Source: Bugula neritina (Eukaryota > Animalia > Bryozoa). Taken from it: 64,000 nucleotides of DNA. A model generated the notes under the pieces. The model saw only the letters and a program-made list of their open reading frames with translations, made no database searches and was not told the origin of the DNA. The first letter of the stretch is position 1. Each line of letters opens with the position of its first letter. Below, in pieces: positions 25,857 to 39,383 of this stretch. The position numbers were made by a program, and so were the translations under genes. The stretch lies in NCBI GenBank assembly GCA_964035545.1, contig OZ037773.1:2137751-2201750 (forward strand), written 5' to 3'.

Positions 25857-28800
25857 CTAGGCTACCAGAGCAGGTTCACTGACTGGCATGTTTATATTAG
25901 CACTGATCAGTGGTATACTTTTATCCCTCTTCAACACAAATACCTGGATAATGCAATAAACAAAAATATTGACAAGTTGTAGTGGCTGCTAATGCAGTAA
26001 AATAAATCTTGCATCAAATAAACTGAACAGTTTGTCATTCAATAATTGTATAAAATTACACTTCAATCAATAGAGAAAAACAAGTAGGAGTGCTTCATGC
26101 TGGATACAATACAGATATTTCTATAGTTAATGTGTAGCAGAGTTCAAGAGACAGGATTCTTTTTCTCAATCACAGTAGAAGCTGGTTAGTTAGCAAAGGC
26201 AGTGTAATCTTGTACATTTACAAAATATAAAGAAAGTTTATAGGTTTAAAGGTTTATAGCATCATTTGTACTGGGGGAAAATGTATAATAAAACTGAACT
26301 AACCTTGATAGTATCGGAAATGCCTTTATCACTGATACAGTCCACTAGAGTCTCAAAAGAGTACATAACTCCAGGTACTAGCATTGGGCACTATAAGTAT
26401 GGCAACAAAATATTGAGGTTTTACAAGTATTCAGTGTGTTCGCTTTTGAAAGAGAAAAAAATACTTGTCAACACTAAACAAGATTGTAAAAGTTCTCTAA
26501 AACTTTTATGAAACAAGGAAATTATATTTTCTATTGAATAATCAGTAACCCGCGAAAGATCAAGTTGGTGAAAGGTGACCACTAATCAGTAGCCGGTAAT
26601 ACCAGTTGCTAAAGTAATGCTAAATAATTGGTACTTTTGTGTAGAAGTAAGGGTAAAAGTTGTTATGCAAGGCAAAACAATAAAAGTAGCTTATGCTAAA
26701 ATAAAATACAGAACCATGATGCATATAACATAAACAGTAGATGAATAAGCACACTGAATGAGCTGTGTGAAGAACTCACCAGAATATGCTTACGGTGAAT
26801 GTTATAAAGAGAAGACTCGTAGCTAAAGCCAATGCACATGTCTATAACCGGGTCACTCTGAGAGGTGTTCTGCAGGTTAATTTTCAGCTTGAAGGTAGGT
26901 CCAATGCCGTTTACCTGAAAGAATCAAAGCCCAAAGTTTAGTATAAGTCACTTTTCTTAAAATGTTACTAATTTTGTCAGTACGAGAATGTAAAAAATAT
27001 CGGAAAATTTTGAGAAGTTTCTCCAATGAAGCTGTCCAACTAGTGCCACATAAAGTCCTACCACAGCGTTTAGTTTGAGGGGTTCGGTATGACTGTTGGA
27101 TATCGGGTTTTCACTCTTCATCAATGACTCCGCGTAAGATTTGGCAGCATTCAGTCGCAGTCTTTGCAAATCATGCATGAATTGTCGGTGCATAACTGTA
27201 AGTACCAACCAAGACAACTTACAACTAGCATACAATATGAGAAAAGACAGAAGGTATTGTTAGTATTTCTACTTAATACATTTCATTGTAGTAGAGCACT
27301 TGCATGATATATAGATATACTATTTCAAATTGATGTTTGTTTTATTTAACTTGTGTGATGTTGTGTAATCTCAACTATGCTTATCTAAAACTTTATATTA
27401 TAAAACAATATTTTTGTTTCCAAAAATTGTAGCCTAATTGTAAAAAATATCAAAAAATCTATAGCATACCAATGCCATGTTCTCGCTCTCTGATGGTCTG
27501 ATCAACAAACAACTTTGTTTTCTTAGGCACATCCAACTTGAGGGTTTGTACAGACGGTGGTCCACCTTTCTGAATGCCCTTGTCCTCAAAGGTAGCAGTC
27601 CTTTTCAGTATTTTGACAAGCAGCCCTCCCCCTGCTCAATCAAACTCTCAATGCTGGTAAACTGACATACTCATGAATAACTGGCTCAGCGAGTTGAAAG
27701 AAAGATGGAAAATAAAATCAACTGATAGAAATTTAATTATCATATATTAGTAGAGCATCTAAGCTAAAACACCATGAATCTAATGATTGTTTTATCAGAA
27801 TGCTTGTGTTCTGATACACCCACTTTAATAAATCCCAAAATGACATTTGACTACCATCACGATATTTAGTTAAGGTCAACTTGTATAATAATGCTGTACA
27901 TATACCAAGCAACTCTCAATAAATATTACTAATACTAATACTTGGCTTAAGTTGTAATGAAAACATACAGTAAAAACATTCTGATTGCAAAACGTGGTTT
28001 TGTTGGCTCATAACATTGTTAATAACAACTGTAAGGTTATAATTTGGGCGAAAAATTCACATGTCTGACCTTACACTTCAAAAATTAAAGTTTTGTTGAA
28101 AATTGCAGAAGAAAATATGAGCATTTAAATCAAAATCAAATGCTAAAAAAGCATGACTTCTCTTACTGTTAATTTTCAAAATATAAACAACACTGACTAC
28201 CAGCATTGCAGATATAAATGGCCAGATAAACACACCTTTCATCACCATAACAAGTGATCCATCTTCGCGTCCGAATCTCCCAAACAAGATGGCCGTCACA
28301 ACATCTGGCGTCGTAAACTTGTTAATTAGAAATTTGTCTTTGTAAATGCATACAGTTTTGTCGGCTAGCCCAATCACTGTAGCCTTAAATCCTTGCTGTT
28401 TATGGTCCATAACACCAACAGCTGTGATGTCAGATTGCAATTTAATAGACCAGTGTTTCTTGCCCTGGTTGAAAAAATTCAGTACGTAGAATGAAACTAT
28501 TACCGCAGACATCAGCAATTATGACTATTATAGGGAGGTTATATTCCTTTTGTCACGCACATTTGAATGCAAATATTTGCTAATATGTGAAAGCATTGTG
28601 GAAGAAAGACAGATCTTACTAATATGAGCAAACGATAAATTTGCAGTATACAATTTTTGTAAAATAAAAATTAGAAAACTTCTAATTTGTTAGGTGGACC
28701 TGAGATCACTAACTCGTAGGTGAGAGGTAGTAATGCATGGTTTACCTTAGTGGTATAGCTACGTAGTGTATTGTCCATACAACCAACTATCATGTGCTTT

Positions 28801-31800
28801 CCTACCCTAGACATGGCAAGGGGTTGAGAGTTCAACTCTATGCCAGAAGATACAGAATCCATTCCTCTGTAAATATATATTATTTTCACAGAAAAGCAAG
28901 TATACAAGGTTCCATACTGAAGTTGCTATACGGGTGGGAAAGTGGAGCCAAAATTAGTTAATATGAATACTAGAACAATCATTAGAGGTTTATAATTATT
29001 CATCTCAGCAGAAATTGTGTGAAAATCAATACCATCAGACATTTCTTCTGCATACTTGCCTTTTCAACGTGTAAATCGTGCCATTACGACAGGTGACGAT
29101 AATTCTAAACTCAACATCAAACAAGCCATTGACAGACATAAATACTGGCACACTCGGTACCCTCATCTGTAAAGTAAAATAGTGCCATTAAAGATCACAG
29201 GCTATTACTAATTTTAGTTCATTGATCAGCTGCACTATGAATCAATATCAGACAACTATCTTACTGTACCAACATGGGAAACATTTATTGTGAACAGAAA
29301 TATATAATAATATATAAACAAATGTATTATATTCAAAATTCTGTGGAAATTATTTAACTGCTGACACACTAAGAACAAAACCAATGAATAAATATATCAC
29401 CACCCAGCAACAAAGTGGAAGTTATTTCATGAACAAAAAGATGGGCACATGCGTACGTTCTACATACAAACAACCATGTATACAGCCAAATGAAAAATTA
29501 TTCCTACCGTAGCTAAAATAGTAAAAGCCTCAGGATCTAGTATATAGATAAGATTAGCTTCGGTTCCAATGACTAAACAACTAATTGCATCATCTTCTGC
29601 CATTGACTTGTTCAAAGTAGCTATACAAGTAATCACAGTCTACAACGAAATAACTGATAATCAATTACTACAATATATACCACAATATGAGAGTTGTCTT
29701 GACAATACAAGAGCACATTACTCGAAACAAAAATAGTTAGTTATTAGACTGCAAGCTCAAAATAATACCCAACACTGAGTGACTTAAGGATTTCTGCACA
29801 GACCACAAGGAGAAACTCGAACAGACTGCACAACAGAGGTGTTTTGTGAGAATTTCATCTGGTCAAACCAATGCTGAACATATTAGGCAGAAAGTAGTAG
29901 TCTAATGTACTGAGTACAATTTAGCAATTCCACCTTTAGAAATTCAGTTGTTTCTAACAAATTGCACTTTATAGTGAGTAAGATTTCAAAATAAAAGAAT
30001 TTACAATAGGACAATAAAACCATTGCAAAATTTACAATTGGCCACTAAAATTTTGCTCTTGCTGGCAACGTATTGTGGATGACAGGTAATTCCTGCAACA
30101 ATTTTTTATCAGGTGAAATTTCACTTGATGCGGTCGGATTTTAAGAAAAAGCATAGCAGTACAAAAGAGAATCACAATAATCTAAAACGAACTCAACCTG
30201 TCGCTTCAAGGTGCCATATTTGTGGATTTGGGCAAATGCCTCCATTTCTCTCGGATCCAGAGTTAAAAACTTGATTGATCTGGGAGTTAGCTCCATGCCC
30301 TGCTGTCTAGAATATAAATGTTAACTCAGTGAGAGACACGGTACACTTGAAACTATTATTAAATATGGACTTCACATCACCACCAATCGCTTATCAAGAT
30401 AGAGTCCAAGCAGAACCACTATACCATTATACAAAAATTGAAGGCCAACAGCGGCTGTTTAATTGCGCAAGTCAAAGCTATAATTTACAAATAGAACCGC
30501 AACTTAGGAGTTCATCTAATTAGAATACAAGCCGCATCCACCCTTACTTTACACTACCCCAACTCTCAAGTTACCCAGTCTATACCTAAGCTCCTCTATC
30601 ATCTCATGTAGAACACCAATATCTATCCTCTCCTCTCTGGCCTGTCTCCACAGGTCCTCTTCCACTGCATTCACCTCCAATACTGGTAATGTGAACTTGA
30701 AATAGGGCCTCATGTTTTTGTAGACAAATATGTGTGGTCCGGAAGCGACAGCAATCGCTAAATCAAGAAAAATCAGTTAACAACACACAAACACCGCAGC
30801 AGCTAAGTAACTGACCAAGAAAATTATTCATATACAGTTTATCGGTAAGCATTAAGTAGTTGTTTCCTTCCTATAACCCTTACCCGGGGTTCGGGGCATG
30901 TTTTGGTCCATGTAGAATGACACAACTCCTGTAGGTAAATCTATCAGAGTATTCTCAGTCATTAGATTACCTCCTAGAAAACATTGTCAAACAGGGATAA
31001 GCAACATTATATGTAACTCTCAGTATAACTTTACACAAACTCCATGCATTGCTCTCTACAAGCCCTACCTTTGAAGACTTTGAGTTTCATATCTTTAGAG
31101 CTCGTGCCAAGATGAGCTACTACAAGCTTGAGCTCTCCATCAGCATGAATGTCTCCAAAACACATACACTGAGTAAATGTATACAGGTTTGCCACTGGAT
31201 CATAGAATGCATCAAGCCATTTTCCATCACCATCTCTATTAAAAAAATTGTGAAAATTTAGCTACAACTTTATAATGCACTAAAATTGCAATATAGATAT
31301 GACCATTATTAGTAATTGAATCTTAACATAAAATTGAACAATTTAATTGCTTCAACTCTATATTTAAAACACTTTACAATCAATGCCTATTTCAGTTTCT
31401 AATTAATTTCTATAATTAAGTTACAACGATTCCATTTTTATCAATTATTCACTCTTCACCAGCAATAAATATTATAGATGATGTCACAATCAGGCTACTT
31501 TCTCCATATTACTCGAGATTATTTACAGTTTACCAGCTCACTAATCATTTGCTAGTAAAAATCAGATAAATATTTGTAAACATTACTATAACATTAGCAT
31601 TACCAGCAATACTCTTCTGTATTTATAAATAAAATATTGGTAAACCTTTTTAATAATGCTTTTTACCATACAATACTGACAAGTTTAAGTGTTTATTTCA
31701 TCTTGACCAGTCACGGTAAACCTGTGTTAGTAATTTAGAAAAAAAAAATTTTTCAACCATTTATGCTTAGATCAAACAAATCCCATAGTTCTAAACGTAG

Positions 31801-32130
31801 TTTCGCAGCCACAAAAGAAAGCCAAAATGCACAACTAGAACACAGAAAAAATTGATGATTTACTACAAAGGTTTTAGTACGCTACTACTATAAGCATTAA
31901 CTCCCGAATTGGAATGTGAGCGGTGACAAATTGTGTAAAAACAGAATGCTATTCAATTTGATTGTAATTAATGTGTTATTTGTAGAACTTATAGTTATAT
32001 TCGCTAGCTGATGGCCATATTTAATTATTTATATTAAAGAGTCTAAAACAAAGTCTGTCAATGAGACTGATAGCGCTTCGGGTTGAGTCCAATAGTAATA
32101 CACACAAACAGATACTCACATTCCCTGCAT
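25857..32130 (-). CDS. BBS1: Bardet-Biedl syndrome 1 protein (BBSome subunit), multi-exon
   Basis: [16 protein letters not shown]; DGELKLVV; [23 protein letters not shown]; CLVIGTE; [12 protein letters not shown]; KILKRTA; [11 protein letters not shown]; GIGPTFKL; INMPVSE. The short first exon (32130-32120) is tentative. Confidence 0.96.
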
Positions 32131-32342
32131 CACAATAAATTCAAAGTGCTAGTTTTAAAATAAACTCAAAATTGAAGGTTAAACTTAATATGAATAAAAA
32201 TATTGCACCTCGAAGTGCTATTAGTATTAGTATCCTTATTATTATTAGTACTACTATTAGTGTAGTGAATTTCATATATTAGATATAGCAAAGTATATTG
32301 AGTAGTATATAGTGTGTATTTGTAATGACATAAGTTGTTAAT

Positions 32343-32356
32343 GTTGCTATGGAAAC
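32343..32356. promoter_or_regulatory. RFX X-box upstream of BBS1
   Basis: GTTGCTATGGAAAC fits the X-box consensus GTHNYYATRRNAAC and lies ~210 bp upstream of the proposed ATG; BBS genes are established RFX targets. Confidence 0.8.
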
Positions 32357-32411
32357 ACAATAGTCTCATTCAACTCTACAGGAGTCTGCTGCTTTGATGT
32401 ATGCAACAGCC

Positions 32412-32512
32412 GTGTGTGTGTGTGTGTGTGTGTGCGCGTGCGTGCGTGTGTATATGTGTGTATGTGGGTGTGTGCGTATGTGGGTGTGTGTGCAAGCATG
32501 TGTGTGCGTGTT
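32412..32512. repeat. Imperfect (TG)n microsatellite
   Basis: Direct reading. Confidence 0.95.
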
Positions 32513-32839
32513 TGTTTGGACAAATGATGAGCTAGTTCTTGTTATTTTGAGCACAGCCTGCTCAGTTGGGTTCTTGACAGTAGAGTAGAAAATGAACAGG
32601 TATAATAATAGTGCACATAACTCAGTATAATAATTTACAGTTGCTACTTTTAGCTAATTAATAGTGAACAGTTTTATGTCAATTACACAAAGCAAGTAAC
32701 AGGAGCCAAAAGACTTTACGGTGTGAAGGTGAACGGTTAAACAATAAAGTTGAACAATTACTGCAGCAATTTGAATCTTAACCCTTGAGTACTTGCTAAC
32801 TCAACAGTATTTAAGAACTCTGCTACAATAAGTATAACA

Positions 32840-33445
32840 TTTAGTACTAATAATGAGTATTACTATTGGGTATCAGTATTGTCTATTAGTATTACTATCA
32901 CTACTAGTATTAGTAATTTACTAATTAGTTATAGTAATACTAATAATTATTTAGTCATACTAATAATATAAGTATTACTACTAGTGTTACTAATACTAAT
33001 AGTGATAGTAATACTAATGTAACTATAAAAAATAACTGTAAAATTAGCTATAACTGTGCTACAAGTATAACTGCAAGTATTACTATGTCTATTAGTACTA
33101 CCAGTATCACTATTACTATTAGTATTAGTAATAGTAATACTAAGAGTATTAGTCTTACTATTACTATTATACTTATAGTATTAGTATTATTATTACTAAT
33201 ACTAATAGTAATAGTAATACTAATACTAGTAATAGTATTACATTTACTATTAGTATTAGACATAGTCACAGTATGAATATGAATATCATTATAATACAAC
33301 AATGATATACTTACACCTATAGTGAACATGAATTATTGAATAATTACTAATAATATATTATATTAGTTATAATATTAAATTTAATATTTTAATAACTAAT
33401 TTAATATTTATATTATATAATTATAATATTAATTATATATACTAA
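32840..33445. repeat. AT-rich low-complexity tract built of TAGTAA/TACTAA/TATTAG-type hexamers; similar tracts at ~12950-13380, 37300-37930, 38520-38768 and 39400-40110
   Basis: Direct reading; source of the spurious Ile/Leu/Val/Thr/Ser-rich ORFs. Confidence 0.85.
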
Positions 33446-33857
33446 TTTTTACGTGCACAAATTCCACAATACATACTGAGAAGACGTAGCTGTTTTCTTA
33501 TCTTTTTGTGCAGTCATTGTTTGAGATTCAAGTAATGACACGTTACAGATTGACCATTACTTATTACTATCACTACTAATAGTATTACTATTACTATTAG
33601 TATTAGATAGATTCAATGGCAATCGTACACTGTTTTTATTAGATACAAGATGGCAGTGTTTCCGTTTTTAAAAATTCCTTTGATATCAATTTACTTTCTA
33701 ACCGATTATCAACGGTAATACATGTCGTAAATACAATGCCCTCGCATTGATTGAAACCAGCTCTTTAAATTTACAGTCTAAACCACGCGAGTCCTCTTAA
33801 AACTGTTCCTAACCATGATGTATTTTATTGGCGGTTGAAGCATCAACAGTAAAAATG

Positions 33858-36800
33858 CGGTTTTTGTAAACTGCGTAAACGTAAAACGGAAAAAAGTGGC
33901 GGAAACGTAAACAGGAGAAAACAACTCAGAAAAACTTCTAACGACTACTTTTAAACATAAAATCCGGTTGCGTGAGCGTGGCCATAAAATCAGGAAACAT
34001 CCAAGCCGTCGGCGCACAAAGAGTTTAGTTACACAACTAGTTTTTATTATGGTGTTGACAATTACATTTTTACCTGCTAATAATTAACTTTGAAACTACA
34101 AAACCGAGCCCAATAATTGTGATTCTCGTAGTTGCATAGATACCAAAACCTTCGATGTTTTACTATTAACTAAATTTTAGTTGTTCAACTAACATTCGTA
34201 CGACTTAAGTTATCTAGCCAGCATAATATTATTTTTTTATCGAAATTCCCATTAAAATATCTCATTAAAAACTACAGTGAAAATAAGTTAATATTTATCG
34301 TTGCATGTAATTGTTATAATAAAAAATGCTTATTATTGTTATCATGCTCATGAGTATTTTCAAACTTTAACTATAAAACGTAGAACTATCGTTAGTATTT
34401 ATAGTACAATGCTATTTCAAATAGTGTGACTCAATTAGTATAATTTCATCAAATAAATAATTTGATTAATAAACCAAGTTAATACTTATGGGTTAAAATG
34501 CAGAACTTTTTAGTTTTGTGCTTAAAGTGTCTTACTTCCACTACCTCAAACTTAGGCCTTGTGCTCAAAACTTTGATCGATAACTCACTAGAAGTAAATG
34601 AATAGCCATGGCAGCAAAGTTGTTTTAATTTTTTGTTCTTTAAAATAATATTGTAAAGATGTGAGTGAAATTGTACATACTAGTAACTTGTATGTATTAC
34701 TGTACAGCATGATGTAATCAAAGAACACAATAACTTGAAGAACTATTTGATATTTATGCAATAAAACATAAAATATGATGCAATAATATAAGTAAAAGTA
34801 AGAAAAAAAAAAAACAAAAAAAAAAAACAAGTTTTTAGTTTTGTATAAAAATGTGTTCAAGGCACAGCAAATAAAAATTACAAAAACATATTTGCTGACG
34901 AAATGTCACCAAAATGCTGAACAACTGAAACTTCATCATGGCTTATAACGCCTCGCATATAATTGCAAATATGCAACGGCTTATCAAAGCTTTAATGCCC
35001 TAAACACCTAATATGAATGTACACATTTTGCAAAGTCTTGCTAACAGTTAAAATACCGCTAAATAAATCAATATGTTCTCAGTAGGTCTTCTTTGATGCT
35101 ACAATACGATCTAGAGGAAATATGTAAATAATAATGGAACAATCAGCTGTCATTCTTTACTTTGAAAGTGACAATCGCAATCACAGTGGTGTGACAGCTA
35201 CATTGAAACCAAACCAATTTGTAAAAAGCAACTTGATTACATTGGAGTCTTGTGACGGAGCTGGTGGTTTACTGTTCTGTCAACTCAGCAGTCAACTTCA
35301 AAGGACTTGCACATGCTAGCAAGCAAGTCCTATGAATTTGTAACAGTGAGTAGCGCAGGGAAATATTCCAAGGATTCTCTTCTTGAACACAAACAAAGCT
35401 GCCAAAACAAACAATCAACAAATTACAATTTTCTTCACAAGTGCAAAGCTAATGACAAAACACACAGCAAAAAATAAACAATATAGCTGATTATACAGCT
35501 GTACCTTTATCACAGTTATTAGAACCAGAATGTCCGTAATACTTATTGCATTTATTCTTGGAGCTAATTAAATCTTTGTTCCTGCAACACCAATAAACTG
35601 CTCTTGTATTGCGCCTCTTTGTATACAAGTATTAGTTAAATACTTCTCACCCCACTCTTATCTGTTATATAAAGCAAATCCAGTACTTCCAAGTTTTTAG
35701 TTAACTTGACTCCTGGTTCATCAAATCTTTTCAAAGTGATAGCTAAGACTTTTGGAAGCTTTGTAAACTGAGACAGTTGTACAGTTATATCTAGACTACT
35801 AGAGCTCAAAAATAGTAACATGAGTATTTATTCAGTAGTCAGAAATTCTCAAGAATATGGTCCAAAATATTATGTAAACATAAAATACACAAAGTACCCT
35901 TCGAAAACATATCCATCTAGTTTCTTGGAACTGAATTGATGCCCTGCAGTGTGACCTCACTCTGTAACAAATAAAATAGCCAATACAAAAACGTGATGCT
36001 ATAGTGCCAATAAAATAAATGTTCTATTTGTTGCCAAATCACCTCTAATAGAGGAACTGGTAATAAATTCATTGACTGAGCAAATGCTGTTTCAGCATTG
36101 CAGAAATGACATTTAGTCAACTATTCAACTTCTGACCAGAACAATTTTGTCCCATTGAAGAAAAGAGCATAAGTGTTTAGTGTACCTACTAACTGTCACT
36201 TTAGGAATTATAAACTATACATAAGCAACAAATGTGTTCAAGCAATGTTAATGTTACCCAACCTATTGCATCGCATGTTATAAACTTCCATTAATACCTC
36301 GGCAACATCATGCTGCTCATTATTCATGAAATCAGGTAAAACCTCTAAAAACAAAATATGTATGTAAAAGAAGCCTTAATTGGTGGCTATTCTTGATTAA
36401 AATGTCAATTATACATTTGGTTTTTGATAAGGGATTTGAAATTTATCGTTAGCCATGAAATTCAACCCTTGATCTGTGGAATTGCTACTGGCACAGTAAC
36501 AAATGAAGCATATATAACCAAAAAAGAACACTAAAGTGAAACCAAAAGACCAAAACAGTGATCTACTTCTCGATTACAGTATGAAAAAACATGACCATTT
36601 ATTTCCTATATAAATAGAACAAGTTACTTTAAATCTAGGTTTAAAGTCATATTAATCCCCTAAGAAAAAGATAAATTAAAATTTATGTACTCACAATTTA
36701 CTTGTAGCGGTGGTGTGCGGTTTATAGTTTGAATACATGCATTTAAAAAGCATGTATTTCCAAAATTAGTTATACCTCTATAATCTGTAAAAATTATCAA

Positions 36801-38365
36801 AACAACAGGACCATTACAATGAATGCTAAACAATGAATATTCTTGACTTCAAATTATATTATCAGAACAACAATTTGGCTTAAAAAAAACCTAGACTTTT
36901 TGGCTTATTTAATATGAAAAAGACTGTTACTCTCACAAGACAAATGTCAAATACACTATATCTGCACCACAAGACCAAAATGAGTCTTAACAGGGTATAC
37001 AATGGGTTTTAAGATAACATGTGACTGAGTGTTATAGCCAATTCATTAAACACATATATGTTTAAGTTCAACTGCATCAATGTGAAAGTTTGATGCACTT
37101 TTTCTCAACGATTTGAATAAAACACTCAAGTAGTATAAGTATTACTATCCATCTTGTCTTAGACTTACTAATTATTAATCAATATACCATAAGTATAGTT
37201 ATAAGCTTATATTAATATCACAATACCATTTAACAATAACTGGTTAGTGAATTACATATATAATTAAATGAATTAAAATAAACATAAGATTAGCAGATGT
37301 GAATTACTACTACAGTATTAGAATAAGAATACCAATACAATTATGAATTATTATTATTAATAATACAAAATTATATTAAAATAATAGGCTAATAATAATA
37401 CTACACTTTATATAATGACAATGATTATCATTATGATTATATTATTATTATTAATATTAATAATTAATTTAATACTAAAATATTAATTAACATAATACTA
37501 ATACTTATACTTATACCAAGTTTAATAGTAATAGTAATACTAATAGACAATAGACATAGTAATAGAACTAGTAGCACTAAGTTTAATAGCTATACTAATA
37601 GTATTACATTTACTATTAGTATTAATATTAGTATTAGTAATATAATTATAATTATAATAAATGTAATTCAATACCTAAAGTTAAAATGATATCGTAATCT
37701 ATAAGTTATTATATAATTATCACTATAACTATAAGTATAAGTATATTAATTATTATTTATATTATTAATTAAACGCTATTAGTATTACTATTAGTATTAG
37801 TAAAAGTGATACTATTACTATTAGTATTACAGCATTACTATTACTATTGAGTATTAGTATTACTATTAGTATTAGTATTACTATTAGTATTATTAATATT
37901 TCTATTAATATTAATATTATTATTTATTAAATTTAATCGTTAATATGATTTAGATTATTATTTTAATCGACAATTATTTAGTTTAAAAATGTTATTAATA
38001 ATTTATAAGCAGATTGAGCTTACCCATCTCTAGCTTTATTTGTTATATTGGAAAGTCGAAGTGAGAATTTTAGGTTCAAGCAAAAAGATATAAGCTGTTC
38101 AGTTGAAGGGGTGTACTTGTAGAGTTGAAGATATCACGTTGGTTGCGAGGGATGAAATAGACTAAGTACTTAACACGTTGCCGAGGTTTTCTTAATGCAA
38201 GATTATTTTAATTTTAGAGTTGTGTCATTTTTCAACTAAAACCTATGCTTCGTGCATACACAAAAGTATTACGCAGCGATTACTAAAAAAATTGCTCGGT
38301 TAAGTACTTTTCCGCCGTTTTTGCAGAAATTTCCGCTTTTCCGTTTACGCAGTTTACAAAAACCG
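33858..38365. mobile_element. Non-autonomous TIR DNA transposon, 4508 bp, Mutator (MULE)-like, carrying a USP gene
   Basis: Perfect 24-bp TIR CGGTTTTTGTAAACTGCGTAAACG at 33858-33881 and reverse complement at 38342-38365; perfect 9-bp TSD GTAAAAATG at 33849-33857 and 38366-38374. Confidence 0.9.
34880..38028 (-). pseudogene. Intron-containing ubiquitin-specific protease (peptidase C19) inside the transposon, probably decaying; both boundaries approximate
   Basis: Cys box YRGITNFGNTCFLNACIQTINRTPPL (~36700-36784); FMNNEQHDVAEVL (~36295-36345); TKCHFC (~36100); KLPKVLAITLKRFD (~35720-35765); in-frame TAG at ~36121; no clean GHY His box recovered. Confidence 0.8.
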
Positions 38366-38768
38366 GTAAAAATGAGTGCAAAAACGTAACCATAATAATA
38401 ATCATAATCATAATCATAATAACAAATTACCAAAGTCATTATAATGATGGCAGGTGTGATTATTATAACATAACAGTATGAGCATTATTTAAATTGCACT
38501 TTTTAACGGCAACTAATAATTTGGTAATAGTAAATGTAATACTATAAGTATAAGTATAATAAATATAATTATAATATTAATACTAATAGTAATAGTAATA
38601 GTAATACTAATAGTTATAGTAATAGTATTACTATTAGTATTACTATTAACTATTTAGTCTATTACTATTACTATTAGTATTAGTATTACTACTAGTACTA
38701 GTGACTATTACTATTAGTAATACTGTATTAGGCGTATTACTATTACTAATACTAATAGTAATACTAAC

Positions 38769-39383
38769 AAATCCCTATGCCTTCCTCACCTAGACTATGC
38801 CTCTGCTGTTTGGGACCCCTACACTACAAAAGAAATAAATTCCATCGAAGAGGTACAAACACGGGCAGTAAGAGCCATAGCTAACATCAAAGGTAGAAGA
38901 GGAGTGCGAGAAGCAAAAGAAAGACTGGAGCTGGCCGCCCTCGATGAAAGAAGAAGAACTCAACGGCTAAGACTCCTTATGAGGATACTCCAAAAGGAAG
39001 AATATCACCCAGCACTCTCTGCAGCGTATGACGAACTAATAAATACCCCGGAAAGTTTTATCCAAACTAGGGCCCAAACACTAGGACAGCCAAGATCAGT
39101 CAGCACCAATAATAACTGCTATTATAACAGCTTCTTGCCACGAACAATCCGTGACCTTAAAGGGAACAATCCTTGCAAGACTAATTTACACACAGAATAA
39201 TCTAAACATTGACAGGTTAACTTACCTGTACTAATAAACAATATTGCAACACACACTGCAACCAATTTATGGACTATTGTATGCATTTTACTTTCTGACC
39301 AACCATAAACATATGAGGCATGCCGCTTCTGCTACCTAGTGGTCTAGCATGATCGTAATCTGGAGGTAATTGGAGGAGGTAAA
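38769..39383 (+). mobile_element. Short 3' fragment of a second LINE related to the 13.4-16.1 kb element
   Basis: KSLCLPHLDYASAVWDPY...EEVQTRAVR...SFLPRTIRDL parallels YTSLCRPLLEYADTLWDPY...EMVQNRAVR...SFLPRTIRDM; ends in GAGGTAA(T) repeats. Confidence 0.92.

Noticed and set aside
33048-33329. Hydrophobic or repetitive ORFs (also 32366-32588, 39731-40167, 46193-46538, 59298-59729)
   Set aside because: Translations of low-complexity or microsatellite DNA.
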